Part shown: in pieces, positions 1-12,138 of the stretch
How positions within the stretch are numbered: the stretch's first letter is position 1
Layout: each line of letters begins with the position of its first letter
Source of the DNA: Anthoceros angustus
Taxonomy: Eukaryota > Plantae > Anthocerotophyta
Length of the DNA stretch: 64,000 nt
Direction: 5' to 3'
Assembly: GCA_010909165.1 (NCBI GenBank)
Contig: VJWM01000108.1
Coordinates: 868,001 to 932,000 of the forward strand
Made by a program: the position numbers and the translations under genes
Notes under the pieces: generated by a model
The model's database searches: none
Seen by the model: only the letters and a program-made list of their open reading frames with translations
What the model was told of the DNA's origin: nothing

Positions 1-430
1 GTGAAGCTAGACAAGCAAGATTCTGCAGCATATGTGTTGATGTCAAACATATACACAGGTGCCCGGATGTTGAAGGAGGCACAGGAGCTGCAGGCCAGGA
101 GAACCAATATCAGGGCGTTGAAGCAGCCAGGCCAGAGCTGGTGGACAGACAGAGAAGGACTCGTGCATAGTTTTGTAGTTAAGCCTCCCAAAAGAGAAAG
201 CAAGGCTGATACATGTCCTCTCCAATATGGAAAGCAAGCTACTCGTGCCACATCTACCAGCAAATATACTGGATGGGATCATAGAAAGGAAGACGATATT
301 CGTGGTCAGCAGCAAGAAGCTCGCTATGGCAAATACCTCACAAAACAACTCACGCGAGCGACGTGGTATTTATCGTGGGAATGTTGATGGTCACTCCGCC
401 AAAGGAGAACTCGTTTGCAGTACTTTAAAT
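1..430 (+). pseudogene. 3' end of a PLS-class PPR gene (E domain, PG box, degenerate or truncated DYW N-terminus)
   Basis: Frame 1 reads KLDKQDSAAYVLMSNIYTGARMLKEAQEL...KQPGQSWWTDREGLVHSFVV, an E-motif (AAYVLMSNIY) followed by a PG box. Downstream, a second frame gives MESKLLVPHLPANILD and SKKLAMA, and frame 1 gives RKEDDIRG; together these resemble the DYW segment GYVP...EKE..LCGHSEKLAIA. No CxxCH or terminal DYW is seen. The 5' part lies outside the window. Confidence 0.7.
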
Positions 431-1370
431 TATCACTTGTGGGTATTATTAAATTCCAAACATACAAATCATCTACTGGACTACCTAGTGGTTGTCCCCC
501 GGCGGCCGTGATTGGGCAGCACCCGGTGAAATGGCCCTGCTGGATCCTGGTTCCTCCTTTACGCGCCCGAACATAGTCTGGTAAAGTAGCTGACACCTGC
601 ATGCTAAACCCTAGTCCTGGGGCAGAGCACTGTCCAACTGAAAAACGTGTGAACCATTGGATCAACCTGCTGGGATGATACGATGTGTAACATAGGGGAA
701 TCAGAAGATTTCTCTCCCGGGGTTGTTTTGATTTATTTTTAAAATACCAAATTAAAAAAAAAACCATTGGATCAAACTCGCACAAAACACACTCGTTGGG
801 TGGGAACAATGCCGTTCTCCGGGGCCTGGGTTTAGGGTTTCCGACAATGTCCCTGATCGAAAGGGCACAAGAGCTGCGTGGGGGGCTGATTTTCACAATC
901 AAAGAGGCTGAGTTTGCCGTCGGCGAAGTTCCCAGCCATGAGGGAGGATGTCGGATTTTGTTGGGCGTGAATGTGTTGAGGCACGTTAGAATGACCTGCT
1001 CCCAGTCATCGAAGATCTGTGCACTTGGAGAGGCCCCGGGTGTGGGTAGTCGATAAGACTCGATTGAACAGGCGTCCACAAGCTCTTCGCTAACTTTCGA
1101 TGCACAGGAGTCATTCAAGGAATACTGCCACGTATCGGTAATAAAATGTTCAACAACACCTCAAAATAAGCTAATAAAATCTCATAGAATAAAGGCTGTA
1201 TTAATAGGCCATGGATGGTACTAGATAAATAAAAACATAGCCCATAGATCCATGGTAAGTGTCTTTTATGACCATACCAATTATAAGATGGGTCCATGTG
1301 TCCATAATAAATACAAATCCTTGGATATAAAATTAAGTAATTTACTAATTTTAAACCGGACCTTTTATGA

Positions 1371-1406
1371 ACCCTCGGTCCCCGAAAAAAATAGGGGACC
1401 GAGGGT
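1371..1406. repeat. Perfect 13-bp inverted repeat (hairpin) with 10-nt loop
   Basis: accctcggtcccc (1371-1383) / gaaaaaaata / ggggaccgagggt (1394-1406). Confidence 0.9.
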
Positions 1407-1434
1407 GGGGACCAGACTCCTGAAGAACCTGCAA

Positions 1435-1696
1435 TCCCATGTTTTTTTTAACACATGCCGGGACCGGGACCGAGCTTGGGACGGGGTCCCATGTTTTTTT
1501 TAACACATGCCGGGGCCGGGACAGAGCTTGGGACGGGGTCCCATGTTTTTTTTAACACATGCCGGGACCGGGACCGAGCTTGGGACGGGGTCCCATGTTT
1601 TTTTTAACACATGCCGGGACCGGGACCGAGCTTGGGACGGGGTCCCATGTTTTTTTTAACACATGCCGGGACCGGGACCGAGCTTAGGACGGGGTC
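1435..1696. repeat. 52-bp minisatellite, 5 copies
   Basis: Unit tcccatgttttttttaacacatgccgggaccgggaccgagcttgggacgggg starts at 1435, 1487, 1539, 1591 and 1643; copies are nearly identical. Confidence 0.95.
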
Positions 1697-1720
1697 AAAA
1701 TGACACCCTGTTCAGGAGGC

Positions 1721-1967
1721 TATCTCGTGTGCCCTTTTTGAAGAAAGCCAAACTCAGCCTCCGTATAGTCTAATAAGGGCCTGAACAAGGCATGGTTGAG
1801 CTCGTCCAATGAAAGAGGAAACCTAATCCTTTCATCCCCACCTCCACAACTATGTACCCTTTCATAGGCTTCTTGCTTTCTTTTCCATTGCTATCCTCAT
1901 CACATGCATTACTTCTAAGACCCAAGAACGGCTTTAGAAAGTTCATGGAGCTTTGTTTTGATTTCAT
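1721..1967 (-). pseudogene. SAUR: SAUR copy 1, 3'-truncated at the left edge of the array
   Basis: Reads MKSKQSSMNFLKPFLGLRSN...KKPMKGYIVVEVG...EAEFGFL; homology stops at tatctcgtg (1721), so the IPCNVELFKRLLQFIE* tail is missing. Confidence 0.8.
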
Positions 1968-2031
1968 TTTGAACTATCAATTTGGTTCTTTGCAAGAACA
2001 AGTGCTATTTTTTGCAAGAGCGTATACTCAC

Positions 2032-2630
2032 TTTATATGATATATATCGCCTTTTCCTACCATGATATACATATATATAGCATATTATCTCAAGTGAGGA
2101 ATCACTCTTTATGGTAGTCTTTCATACTAAGACATGCATGTATAGCATACTATCTTAGAAGTGTAACTACTTTTATGATAGTCTTTTCCACCAAGACATA
2201 CATATATAGCATACAAATATCTCCTTGGATCTTGACCTCACGTGATCTACCAAAATAGAAGGAAAATAAAATAAGAAATAAATAATGTTAATTCTAGAAT
2301 TTAAAGGATACCTTATGAATTGGGCCTTAATATGTCAAATATTTCAGCACTCTCACCCACTATTTCACCACTCTCACTCACTATGAAGTAGGGATGAAAA
2401 TTAGCTACCTAAAGAGCCAAAGCACAGAGCCTAACTCCCACTAAACAGAAACTAGGTGCTTAAGAACATACTCCAACCTTAAGTTCATAAAGAAATGAAT
2501 TAAGCTAGAGGAAAACATTTCCAAAAATATGTTTTTAAATACAAGGAAAACATGAATACGGAAATGCCTAGATAGCTCAATATGAGTATCCCGGAATATC
2601 AATTGCTTAAAATAAGCGGAATAATGTCGG
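2032..2630 (-). promoter_or_regulatory. Putative SAUR promoter (shown for unit 1; repeated in each unit)
   Basis: TATAAA on the minus strand at 2032-2037, ~65 nt upstream of the ATG. G-box CACGTG at 2239-2244, site-II-like TGGGCC near 2320, TGTCGG (ARF-type AuxRE) at 2625-2630, and a ~64-bp degenerate triplicated motif at ~2050-2225. These are motif matches only. Confidence 0.5.
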
Positions 2631-4240
2631 ATGGCCCATCTACCAACCGAAAACGGGTGCATAGGGAAACTGCAATCCATCTATGATAGGTGTTGGCTGG
2701 TGATGCAAGCGTGGCCATGGCGCCTTGCAAATCGACCACGAGCACCTATATTGCGAGGAGGAGCACGGCGGCTCTCGGTACTCTACACACCTCGGCGGTG
2801 GCGGCAATGGCGCCTCCCTCCACCCACCTTGCCCGCACTCCGTAGCCTTGATATTACAAATATAGTATTTTTAGCACCATAGGCACTTACGGAAAGCGTG
2901 CTTGGTATGCCCTCGAAGCGCTTCACATGGGACACATGCAATTCTCATCACATGGATACCTCTTCACACACGTAGCAATGGGACGATGGCATTCTTGTCA
3001 CCTACTCCTAGGGTAATTACATAAACCTTCTTTCATAATCACCCGGTGGGAGCAGGCGGTTGTAGAACCCCAAATTGTTTCCAATAGGCTTGGCAGTCAC
3101 CACCTTCTCACACGTAGGCCAAGGTGTGTCTGATGTATCGGCTACACAAAACAACAGTCATACATCGGGTTAGGCACATGCTTTTCAACCACATTAGAGA
3201 AAGAAGATAATCGCCTTAATACACTCAAGGAAATCAAATCGCCTATGTTACCTTTTTCTTTTTATCACCATTTTCTCCAACAATATTACCAAGCCCACAC
3301 ATTCCACATCATGTCATTAGATAAGGTCGGACCCTTCGTGGACACGCCACGACCGAACCATTCATCGACTATCCGGTTTTGCCTCATAGCCGGATGAATC
3401 GAGCGTCATGCATATCGATCCAACAACTTTTGTGTGCGGCGGTGTGCAAAAAAGACATGAACTCGATATAGGCATCTTCACGAAAGTGGCAACACGGTGA
3501 CCAAGGGGCACGCGGCCGCAGGTGTGAGGCGCGCCGGTTCCAGCGTGCGTCGATGCACACTTGCAGCACGCTCTCAAGCATGTAGGCACGCCCTCAAGGA
3601 TGCACGCGGCGTCCACACACGGATGCATGTGCGCCTTTTCACATTGAGTTTGGCTGCCGTTTCTTCATGCCATTCCATGGTTGCGGCATCTACGGGCGGG
3701 ATTGCCTTTTGGATGAAGCCCTACACGACATCAGCGCAACATCTCTCGGATAGCGGCAACATTTTGGCGTCAGAAGCTTTGACCCACGGAGGCACTCAAG
3801 CACGAGGAAAAGCAGTTCATAAGTTCATTGTGCTTATCTCGCTTCTTTGGTCGTCTCCGTTTTGAAAAGGATCTAGAAGCTCTTACCACGCCGAGTGACT
3901 TGTGGAGTGAAGCAGGATCTTGATTGATGCTACGCGATTCCGTTGACTGGATAATGAGGATCGGAGTGGCAGTGCACGTAGGAAATCGTTGAGCTTTGCC
4001 CTCGCGGTCCGAGTAGATGAGTCGAGCAGGCGGTGGTGTTATTGAGATCCTCCCTCGGATCACACATTAGCGTGGACCGCGTCAAAGTCTTGGGTTTTAG
4101 CATCTTGCAATATGTGTCATTGATGATACAGGATGTACCCTCTACACTAGTACAAAAATCATGGCTCGAAACCATGAAGAGAATCAAGGACTTGCTCAAA
4201 GGATCTTATGCATTGATTATAATAATAGAAAGTACATAAT
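2441..4240. other. Unidentified GC-rich, coding-like segment of the array unit (shown for unit 1)
   Basis: Visibly more GC-rich than its flanks. Several invariant blocks have a single open minus-strand frame, e.g. TPWPTCEKVVTAKPIGNNLGFYNPGLLPPGDYEKKVYVITLGVGDKNAIVPDCYVCEEAGIHVMRIACVPCEAFEGIPSTFSVSAYGAKNTIFVISRL. No family could be assigned. Confidence 0.35.
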
Positions 4241-4599
4241 ATTTGTGTGAAGTAGGTGTGTTATAGGTTGTTGTAACCAAATAACCAATTAAGTAACTAA
4301 TTAAATTACTTCTAGTCCTAAAAATTAAATAATTTTAATTTCTAAAATATCAATATCATTCAACACCAAATCTGCAGACTTGGTATACTAAACAATGTGG
4401 CGGTCCGGCCGTCTGCGATTTTCGAGCATTCTCCCATCATTCGTGAGCCAACTACTAGGGACTACAACATTATGAAATAGGAATCTACTCAATAATTTTT
4501 TTGTCATCGGGTTCAGCTCGACACTTGTGACATAAAGCCAACTTCCGTGTGCAATGATAATGAAGAATGCTTTGATAGGTTGAAGTTGGTATGGGTGGC

Positions 4600-4894
4600 T
4601 TACTCGATAAATTGAAGCAATCTCTTGAACAACTCTACATTGCAAGGAATATATCTGTGTGCCCTTTTGAAGAAAGCCAAACTCAGCCTCCGTATAGTCT
4701 AATAAGGGCTGAACAAGGCATGGTTGAGCTCGTCCAATGAAAGAGGAAACCTAATCCTTTCATCCCCACCTCCACAACTATGTACCCTTTCATAGGCTTC
4801 TTGCTTTCTTTTCCATTGCTATCCTCATCACATGCATTACTTCTAAGACCCAGAACGGCTTTAGAAAGTTCATGGAGCTTTGTTTTGATTTCAT
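4600..4894 (-). CDS. SAUR: SAUR auxin-responsive protein, copy 2 (frameshifted as written)
   Basis: The by-eye cross-copy consensus is ~98 aa: MKSKQSSMNFLKPFLGLRSNACDEDSNGKESKKPMKGYIVVEVGDERIRFPLS(L/M)DELNHALFRALIRLSEAEFGFLQKATRYIPCNVELFKRLLQFIE*. This fits the SAUR pattern PKG...VG.E..RF....LNH.LF..L...E.EFGF.....IPC....F. Intronless; indels differ between copies. Confidence 0.85.
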
Positions 4895-7507
4895 TTTGAA
4901 CTATCAATTTGGTTCTGCAAGAACAAGTGCTATTTTTTGCAAGAACTGTATACTCACTTTATATGATATATCGTCTTTTCCTACCATGATATACATATAT
5001 ATAGCATATTATCTCAAGTGAGGAATCACTCTTTATGGTAGTCTTTCATACTAAGACATGCATGTATAGCATACTATCTTAGAAGTGTAACTACTTTTTA
5101 TGATAGTCTTTTCCACCAAGACATACATATATAGCATACAAATATCTCCTTGGATCTTGACCTCACGTGATCTACCAAAATAGAAGGAAAATAAAATAAG
5201 AAATAAATAATGTTAATTCTAGAATTTAAAGGATACCTTATGAATTGGGCCTTAATATGTCAAATATTTCAGCACTCTCACCCACTATTTCACCACTCTC
5301 ACTCACTATGAAGTAGGGATGAAAATTAGCTACCTAAAGAGCCAAACGAGAGCCTAACTCCCACTAAACAGGAAACTAGGTGCTTAAGAACATACTCCAA
5401 CCTTAAGTTCATAAAGAAATGAATTAAGCTAGAGGAAAACATTTCCAAAAATATGTTTTTAAATACAAGGAAAACATGAATACGGAAATGCCTAGATAGC
5501 TCAATATGAGTATCCCGGAATATCAATTGCTTAAAATAAACGGAATAATGTCGGATGGCCCATCTACCAACCGAAACGGTGCATAGGGAAACTGTTGCAA
5601 TCCATCTATGATAGGTGTTGGCTGGCTGATGCAAGCGTGGCCATGGCGCCTTGCAAATCGACCACGAGCACCTATATTGCGAGGAGCGGCGGCTCTCGTG
5701 CTCTACACACCTCGGCGCGGTGGCGGCAATGGCGGCCTCCTCCACCCACCTTGCACACTCTGTAGCCTTGATATTACAAATATAGTATTTTTAGCACCAT
5801 AGGCACTTACGGAAAACGTGCTTGGTATGCCCTCGAAACGCTTCACATGGGACACATGCAATTCTCATCACATGGATACCACCTCTTCACACACGTAGCA
5901 ATGGGACGATGGCATTCTTGTCACCTACTCCTAGGGTAATTACATAAACCTTCTTTTCATAATCACCCGGTGGGAGCGGGCCGGTTGTAGAACCCCAAAT
6001 TGTTTCCAATAGGCTTGGCGGTCACCACCTTCTCACACGTAGGCCAAGGTGTGTTTACGAGTATCGGCTACACAAAACGATACATCGAGTTAGGCACATG
6101 CTTTTCAACCACATTAGAGAAAGAAGATAATCGCCTTAATACACTCAAGGGAAATCAAATCGCCTATGTTACCTTTTTCTTTTTATCACCATTTTCTCCA
6201 ACAATATTACCAAGCCCACACATTCCACATCATGTCATTAGATAAGGTCGGACCCTTCGTGGACACGCCACGACTGAACCATTCATCGACTATCCGGTTT
6301 TGCCTCATAGCCGGATGAATCGAGCGTCATGCATATCGATCCAACAACTTTTGTGTGCAGCAAAAAAGACATGAACTCGATATAGGCATCTTCACGAAAG
6401 TGGCAACACTGGTGACCAAGGGCACGGCCGCAGGTGTGAGGCGCGCCTTCCAGCGTGCGTCGATGCACACTTGCGAGCACGCTCTCAAGCATGTAGGCAC
6501 GCCTCAAGGATGCACGTCCACACACGGATGCATGTGCGCCTTTTCACATTGAGTTTGGCTGCCGTTTCTTCATGCCATTCCATGGTTGCAGCATCTCTGG
6601 ACAGGATTGCCTTTTGGACAGCAAGCCCTACACACGACATCAACAGGCAGCAACATCTCTAGATAGCAGCAACATTTTGGCGTCTGTGCCTTGACCCACG
6701 GAGGCACTCAAGCACGAGGAAAAGCAGTTCATAAGTTCATTGTGCTTATCTCGCTTCTTTGGTCGTCTCCGTTTTGAAAAGGATCTAGAAGCTCTTACCA
6801 CGCCGAGTGACTTGTGGAGTGAAGCAGGATCTTGATTGACTCTACGCGATTCCGTTGACTGGATAATGAGGATCGGAGTGGCGGTGCGTAGGAAATCGTT
6901 GAGCTTTGCCTCGCGATCCGAGTAGATGAGTCCGAGCAGGCGGTGGTGTTATTGAGATCCTCCTCGGATCACACATTAGCGTGGACCGCGTCAAAGTCTT
7001 GGGTTTTAGCATCTTGCAATATGTGTCATTGATGATACATGGATGTACCCTCTACACTAGTACAAAAATCATGGCTCGAAACCATGAAGAGAATCAAGGA
7101 CTTGCTCAAAGGATCTTATGCATTGATTATAATAATAGAAAGTACATAATATTTGTGTGAAGTAGGTGTGTTATAGGTTGTTGTAACCAAATAACCAATT
7201 AAGTAACTAATTAAATTACTTCTAGTCCTAAAAATTAAATAATTTTAATTTCTAAAATATCAATATCATTCAACACCAAATCTGCAGACTTGGTATACTA
7301 AACAATGTGGCGGTCCGTCTGCGATTTTCGAGCATTCTCCCATCATTACGTGAGCCAACTACTAGGGACTACAACATTATGAAATAGGAATCTACTCAAT
7401 AATTTTTTTGTCATCGGGTTCAGCTCCGACACTTGTGACATAAAGCCAACTTCCGTGTGCAATGATAATGAAGAATGCTTTGATAGGTTGAAGTTGGTAT
7501 GGGTGGC

Positions 7508-7803
7508 TTACTCGATAAATTGAAGCAATCTCTTGAACAACTCTACATTGCAAGGAATATATCTCGTTGCCTTTTGAAGAAAGCCAAACTCAGCCTCCAG
7601 TATAGTCTAATAAGGGCTGAACAAGGCATGGTTGAGCTCGTCCATTGAAAGAGGAAACCTAATCCTTTCATCCCCCACCTCCACAACTATGTACCCTTTC
7701 ATAGGCTTCTTGCTTTCTTTTCCATTGCTATCCTCATCACATGCATTACTTCTAAGACCCAGAACGGCTTTAGAAAGTTCATGGAGCTTTGTTTTGATTT
7801 CAT
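7508..7803 (-). CDS. SAUR: SAUR copy 3
   Basis: The only copy with a 5-C run (tcccccacc), which gives in-frame VEVGDERIRFPLSMDELNHALF (ORF 7607-7837). It has other indels. Confidence 0.85.
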
Positions 7804-10800
7804 TTTGAACTATCAATTTGGTTCTTTGCAAGAACAAGTGCTATTTTTTTGCAAGAACTGTATACTCACTTTATATGATATATCGTCTTTTCCTACCATG
7901 ATATACATATATATAGCATATTATCTCAAGTGAGGAATCACTCTTTATGGTAGTCTTTCATACTAAGACATGCATGTATAGCATACTATCTTAGAAGTGT
8001 AACTACTTTTTATGATAGTCTTTTCCACCAAGACATACATATATAGCATACAAATATCTCCTTGGATCTTGACCTCACGTGATCTACCAAAATAGAAGGA
8101 AAATAAAATAAGAAATAAATAATGTTAATTCTAGAATTTAAAGGATACCTTATGAATTGGGCCTTAATATGTCAAATATTTCAGCACTCTCACCCACTAT
8201 TTCACCACTCTCACTCACTATGAAGTAGGGATGAAAATTAGCTACCTAAAGAGCCAAACGCAGAGCCTAACTCCCACTAAGCAGAAACTAGGTGCTTAAG
8301 AACATACTCCAACCTTAAGTTCATAAAGAAATGAATTAAGCTAGAGGAAAACATTTCCAAAAATATGTTTTTAAATACAAGGAAAACATGAATACGGAAA
8401 TGCCTAGATAGCTCAATATGAGTATCCTGGAATATCAATTGCTTAAAATAAGCGAATAATGTCGGATGGCCCATCTACCAACCGAAAACGGGTGCATAGG
8501 GAAACCTGCAATCCATCTATGATAGGTGTTGGCTGGTGATGCAAGCGTGGCCATGGCGCCTTGCAAATCGACCACGAGAGCACCTATATTGCGAGGAGGC
8601 ACGGCTCGGTACTCTACACACCTCGGCGGTGGCGGCAATGGCGGCCTCCCTCCACCCACCTTGCACCCCACTCCGTAGCCTTGATATTACAAATATAGTA
8701 TTTTTTTGCAAGAACAGATACTCACTTTATATGATATATCGTCTTTTCCTACCATGATATACATATATATAGCATATTATCTCAAGTGAGGAATCACTCT
8801 TTATGGTAGTCTTTCATACTAAGACATGCATGTATAGCATACTATCTTAGAAGTGTAACTACTTTTTATGATAGTCTTTTCCACCAAGACATACATATAT
8901 AGCATACAAATATCTCCTTGGATCTTGACCTCACGTGATCTACCAAAAATAGAAGGAAAATAAAATAAGAAATAAATAATGTTAATTCTAGAATTTAAAG
9001 GATACCTTATGAATTGGGCCTTAATATGTCAAATATTTCAGCACTCTCACCCACTATTTCACCACTCTCACTCACTATGAAGTAGGGATGAAAATTAGCT
9101 ACCTAAAGAGCCAAACGCAGAGCCTAACTCCCACTAAGCAGAAACTAGGTGCTTAAGAACATACTCCAACCTTAAGTTCATAAAGAAATGAATTAAGCTA
9201 GAGGAAAACATTTCCAAAAATATGTTTTTAAATACAAGGAAAACATGAATACGGAAATGCCTAGATAGCTCAATATGAGTATCCTGGAATATCAATTGCT
9301 TAAAATAAGCGAATAATGTCGGATGGCCCATCTACCAAAGCATAGGGAAACCTGCAATCCATCTATGATAGGTGTTGGCTGGTGATGCAAGCGTGGCCAT
9401 GGCGCCTTGCAAATCGACCACGAGAGCACCTATATTGCGAGGAGGCCATGCTCTCGGTACTCTACACACCTCGGCGCGGTGGCGGCAATGGCGGCCTCCC
9501 TCCACCCACCTTGCACTCCGTGTAGCCTTGATATTACAAATATAGTATTTTTAGCACCATAGGCACTTACGGAAAACGTGCTTGGTATGCCTCGAAACGC
9601 TTCACATGGGACACATGCAATTCTCATCACATGGATACCAGCCTCTTCACACACGTAGCAATCTGGGACGATGGCATTCTTGTCACCTACTCCTAGGGAA
9701 ATCACATAAACGTTCTTTTCATAATCACCCGGTGGGAGCAGGCCAGGGTTGTAGAACCCCAAATTGTTTCCAATAGGCTTGGCAGTCACCACCTTCTCAC
9801 ACGTAGGCCAAGGTGTGTTACTGAGCATATACACAAAGCAACGATCATACATCAGTTAGGCACATGCTTTTCAACCACATTAGAGAAAGAAGATAATCGC
9901 CTTAATACACTCAAGGAAATCAAATCAGCCTATGTTACCTTTTTCTTTTTATCACCATTTTCTCCAACAATATTACCAAGCCCACACATTCCACATCATG
10001 TCATTAGATAAGGTCGGACCCTTCGTGGACACGCCACGACCGAACCATTCATCGCCTATCCGGTTTTGCCTCATAGCGGATGAATCGAACGTCATGCATA
10101 TCGATCCAACAACTTTTGTGTGCGGTGTGCAAAAAAGACATGAACTCGATATAGGCATCTTCACGAAAGTGGCAACATCGGTGACCAAGGGGCACGGCCG
10201 CAGGTGTGAGGCGCGCCGGTTCCAACAGCGTGCGTCGATGCACACTTGCAGCACGCCTCAAGCATGTAGGAACGCCTCAAGGATGCACGCGTCCACACAC
10301 GATGCATGTGCGCCTTTTCACATTGAGTTTGGCTGCTTTCTTCATGCCATTCCATGGTTGCGACATCTACAGATTGCCTTTTGGGAGCCCTACACACGAC
10401 ATCAGCAGAACATCTCCGGATAGCAGCAACATTTTGGCGTCGTAGCTTTGACCCACGGAGGCACTCAAGCACGAGGAAAGTTCATAAGTTCATTGTGCTT
10501 ATCTCGCTTCTTTGGTCGTCTCGCTTTGAAAAGGATCTAGAAGCTCTTACCACGCCGAGTGACTTGTGGAGTGAAGCGGGATCTTGATTGACGCCACGCG
10601 ATTCCGCTGATCGGATAATGAGGATCGGAGTGGCGGTGGCGGCACGAGGAAATCGTTGAGCTTTGCCCTGGCGGTCACCACCTTCTCACACGTAGGCCAA
10701 GGTGTGTTCTGATGCATCGCCTACACAAAACGATCATACATCGTTAGGCACATGCTTTTCAACCACATTAGAGAAAGAAGATAATCGCCTTAATACACTC

Positions 10801-12138
10801 AAGGGAAATCAAATCGCCTATGTTACCTTTTTCTTTTTATCACCATTTTCTCCAACAATATTACCAAGCCACACATTCCACATCATGTCATTAGATAAGG
10901 TCGGACCCTTCGTGGACACGCCACCGACCGAACCATTCATCGCCTATCCGGTTTTGCCTCATAGCCGATGAATCGAACGTCATGCATATCGATCCAACAA
11001 CTTTTGTGTGCGGTGTGCAAAAAAGACATGAACTCGATATAGGCATCTTCACGAAAGTGGCAACATCGGTGACCAAGGGGCACGGCCGCAGGTGTGAGGC
11101 GCCGGTTCCAGCGTGCGTCGATGCACACTTGCGAGCACGCTCTGCATGTAGGCACGCCCTCAAGGATGCACGCGTCCACACGATGCATGTGCGCCTTTTC
11201 ACATTGAGTTTGGCTGCTTTTCATGCCATTCCATGGTTGCGACATCTCGGGCGATTGCCTTTTGGACTAAGCCCTACACACGACATCAACAAAGCAACAT
11301 CTCCGGATAGCAGCAACATTTTGGCGTCAGAGCTTTGACCGAGGCACTCAAGCACGAGGAAAGCAGTTCATAAGTTCATTGTGCTTATCTCGCTTTGGTC
11401 GTCCGCTTTGAAAAGGATCTAGAAGCTCTTACCACGCCGAGTGACTTGTGGAGTGAAGCAGATCTTGATTGACGCCACGCGATTCCGCTGATCGGATAAT
11501 GAGGATCGGAGTGGCAAAGGCACGAGGAAATCGTTGAGCTTTGCCTCGCGACGAGTAGATGAGTCCAGGCAGGCGGTGGTGTTATTGAGATCCTCCTCGG
11601 ATCACACATTAGCGTGGACCGCGTCAAAGTCTTGGGTTTTAGCATCTTGCAATATGTGTCATTGATGATACATGGATGTACTCTACACTAGTACAAAAAT
11701 CATGGCTCGAAACCATGAAGAGAATCAAGGACTTGCTCAAAGGATCTTATGCATTGATTATAATAATAGAAAGTACATAATATTTGTGTGAAGTAGGTGT
11801 GTTATAGGTTGTTGTAACCAAATAACCAATTAAGTAACTAATTAAATTACTTCTAGTCCTAAAAATTAAATAATTTTAATTTCTAAAATATCAATATCAT
11901 TCAACACCAAATCTGCAGACTTGGTATACTAAACAATGTGGCGGTCCGTCTGCGATTTTCAGAGCATTCTCCCATCATTCGTGAGCCAACTACTAGGGAC
12001 TACAACATTATGAAATAGGAATCTACTCAATAATTTTTTTGTCATCGGGTTCAGCTCCGACACTTGTGACATAAAGCCAACTTCCGTGTGCAATGATAAT
12101 GAAGAATGCTTTGATAGGTTGAAGTTGGTATGGGTGGC

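Noticed and set aside
796-1056. Plus-strand ORF with EAEF...HEGG.RI, faintly SAUR-like, and a 13-bp inverted match to the SAUR copies
   Set aside because: Lacks the VG/RF/LNH/IPC core; consistent with chance.
324-1118. 264-aa minus-strand ORF
   Set aside because: No recognisable motif; it crosses poly-A/T and telo-box-like non-coding sequence and overlaps the PPR remnant.
1435-1696. CRISPR-like array
   Set aside because: Contiguous repeats with no unique spacers, in a eukaryotic context.
2577-2960. F-box/LRR/FBD reading on the plus strand (RLSVL..RRWRQW, LETLHMGHMQF)
   Set aside because: An invariant block at ~2833-2882 has stops in all three plus frames, and no F-box core (LP..IL..IL) is present.
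3560-4240. LINE RT-like fragments in the GC-rich segment (PQGC...LFTL, DLEAL...LWSEAG.LI, VKVLG)
   Set aside because: No YADD/FADD motif, and motif spacing is wrong.
4440-4500. SAUR DST mRNA-instability element in the 3' UTR
   Set aside because: Only a partial match (GTAGATT...TTGTA versus the ATAGAT core); too weak to call.
2389-4768. Ac/Ds-like hAT ends: TAGGGATGAAAA at 2389 and tttcatcccca at 4758
   Set aside because: No 8-bp TSD. The right-hand match is just the SAUR codons for VG(D)ER, and the array unit does not follow these ends.
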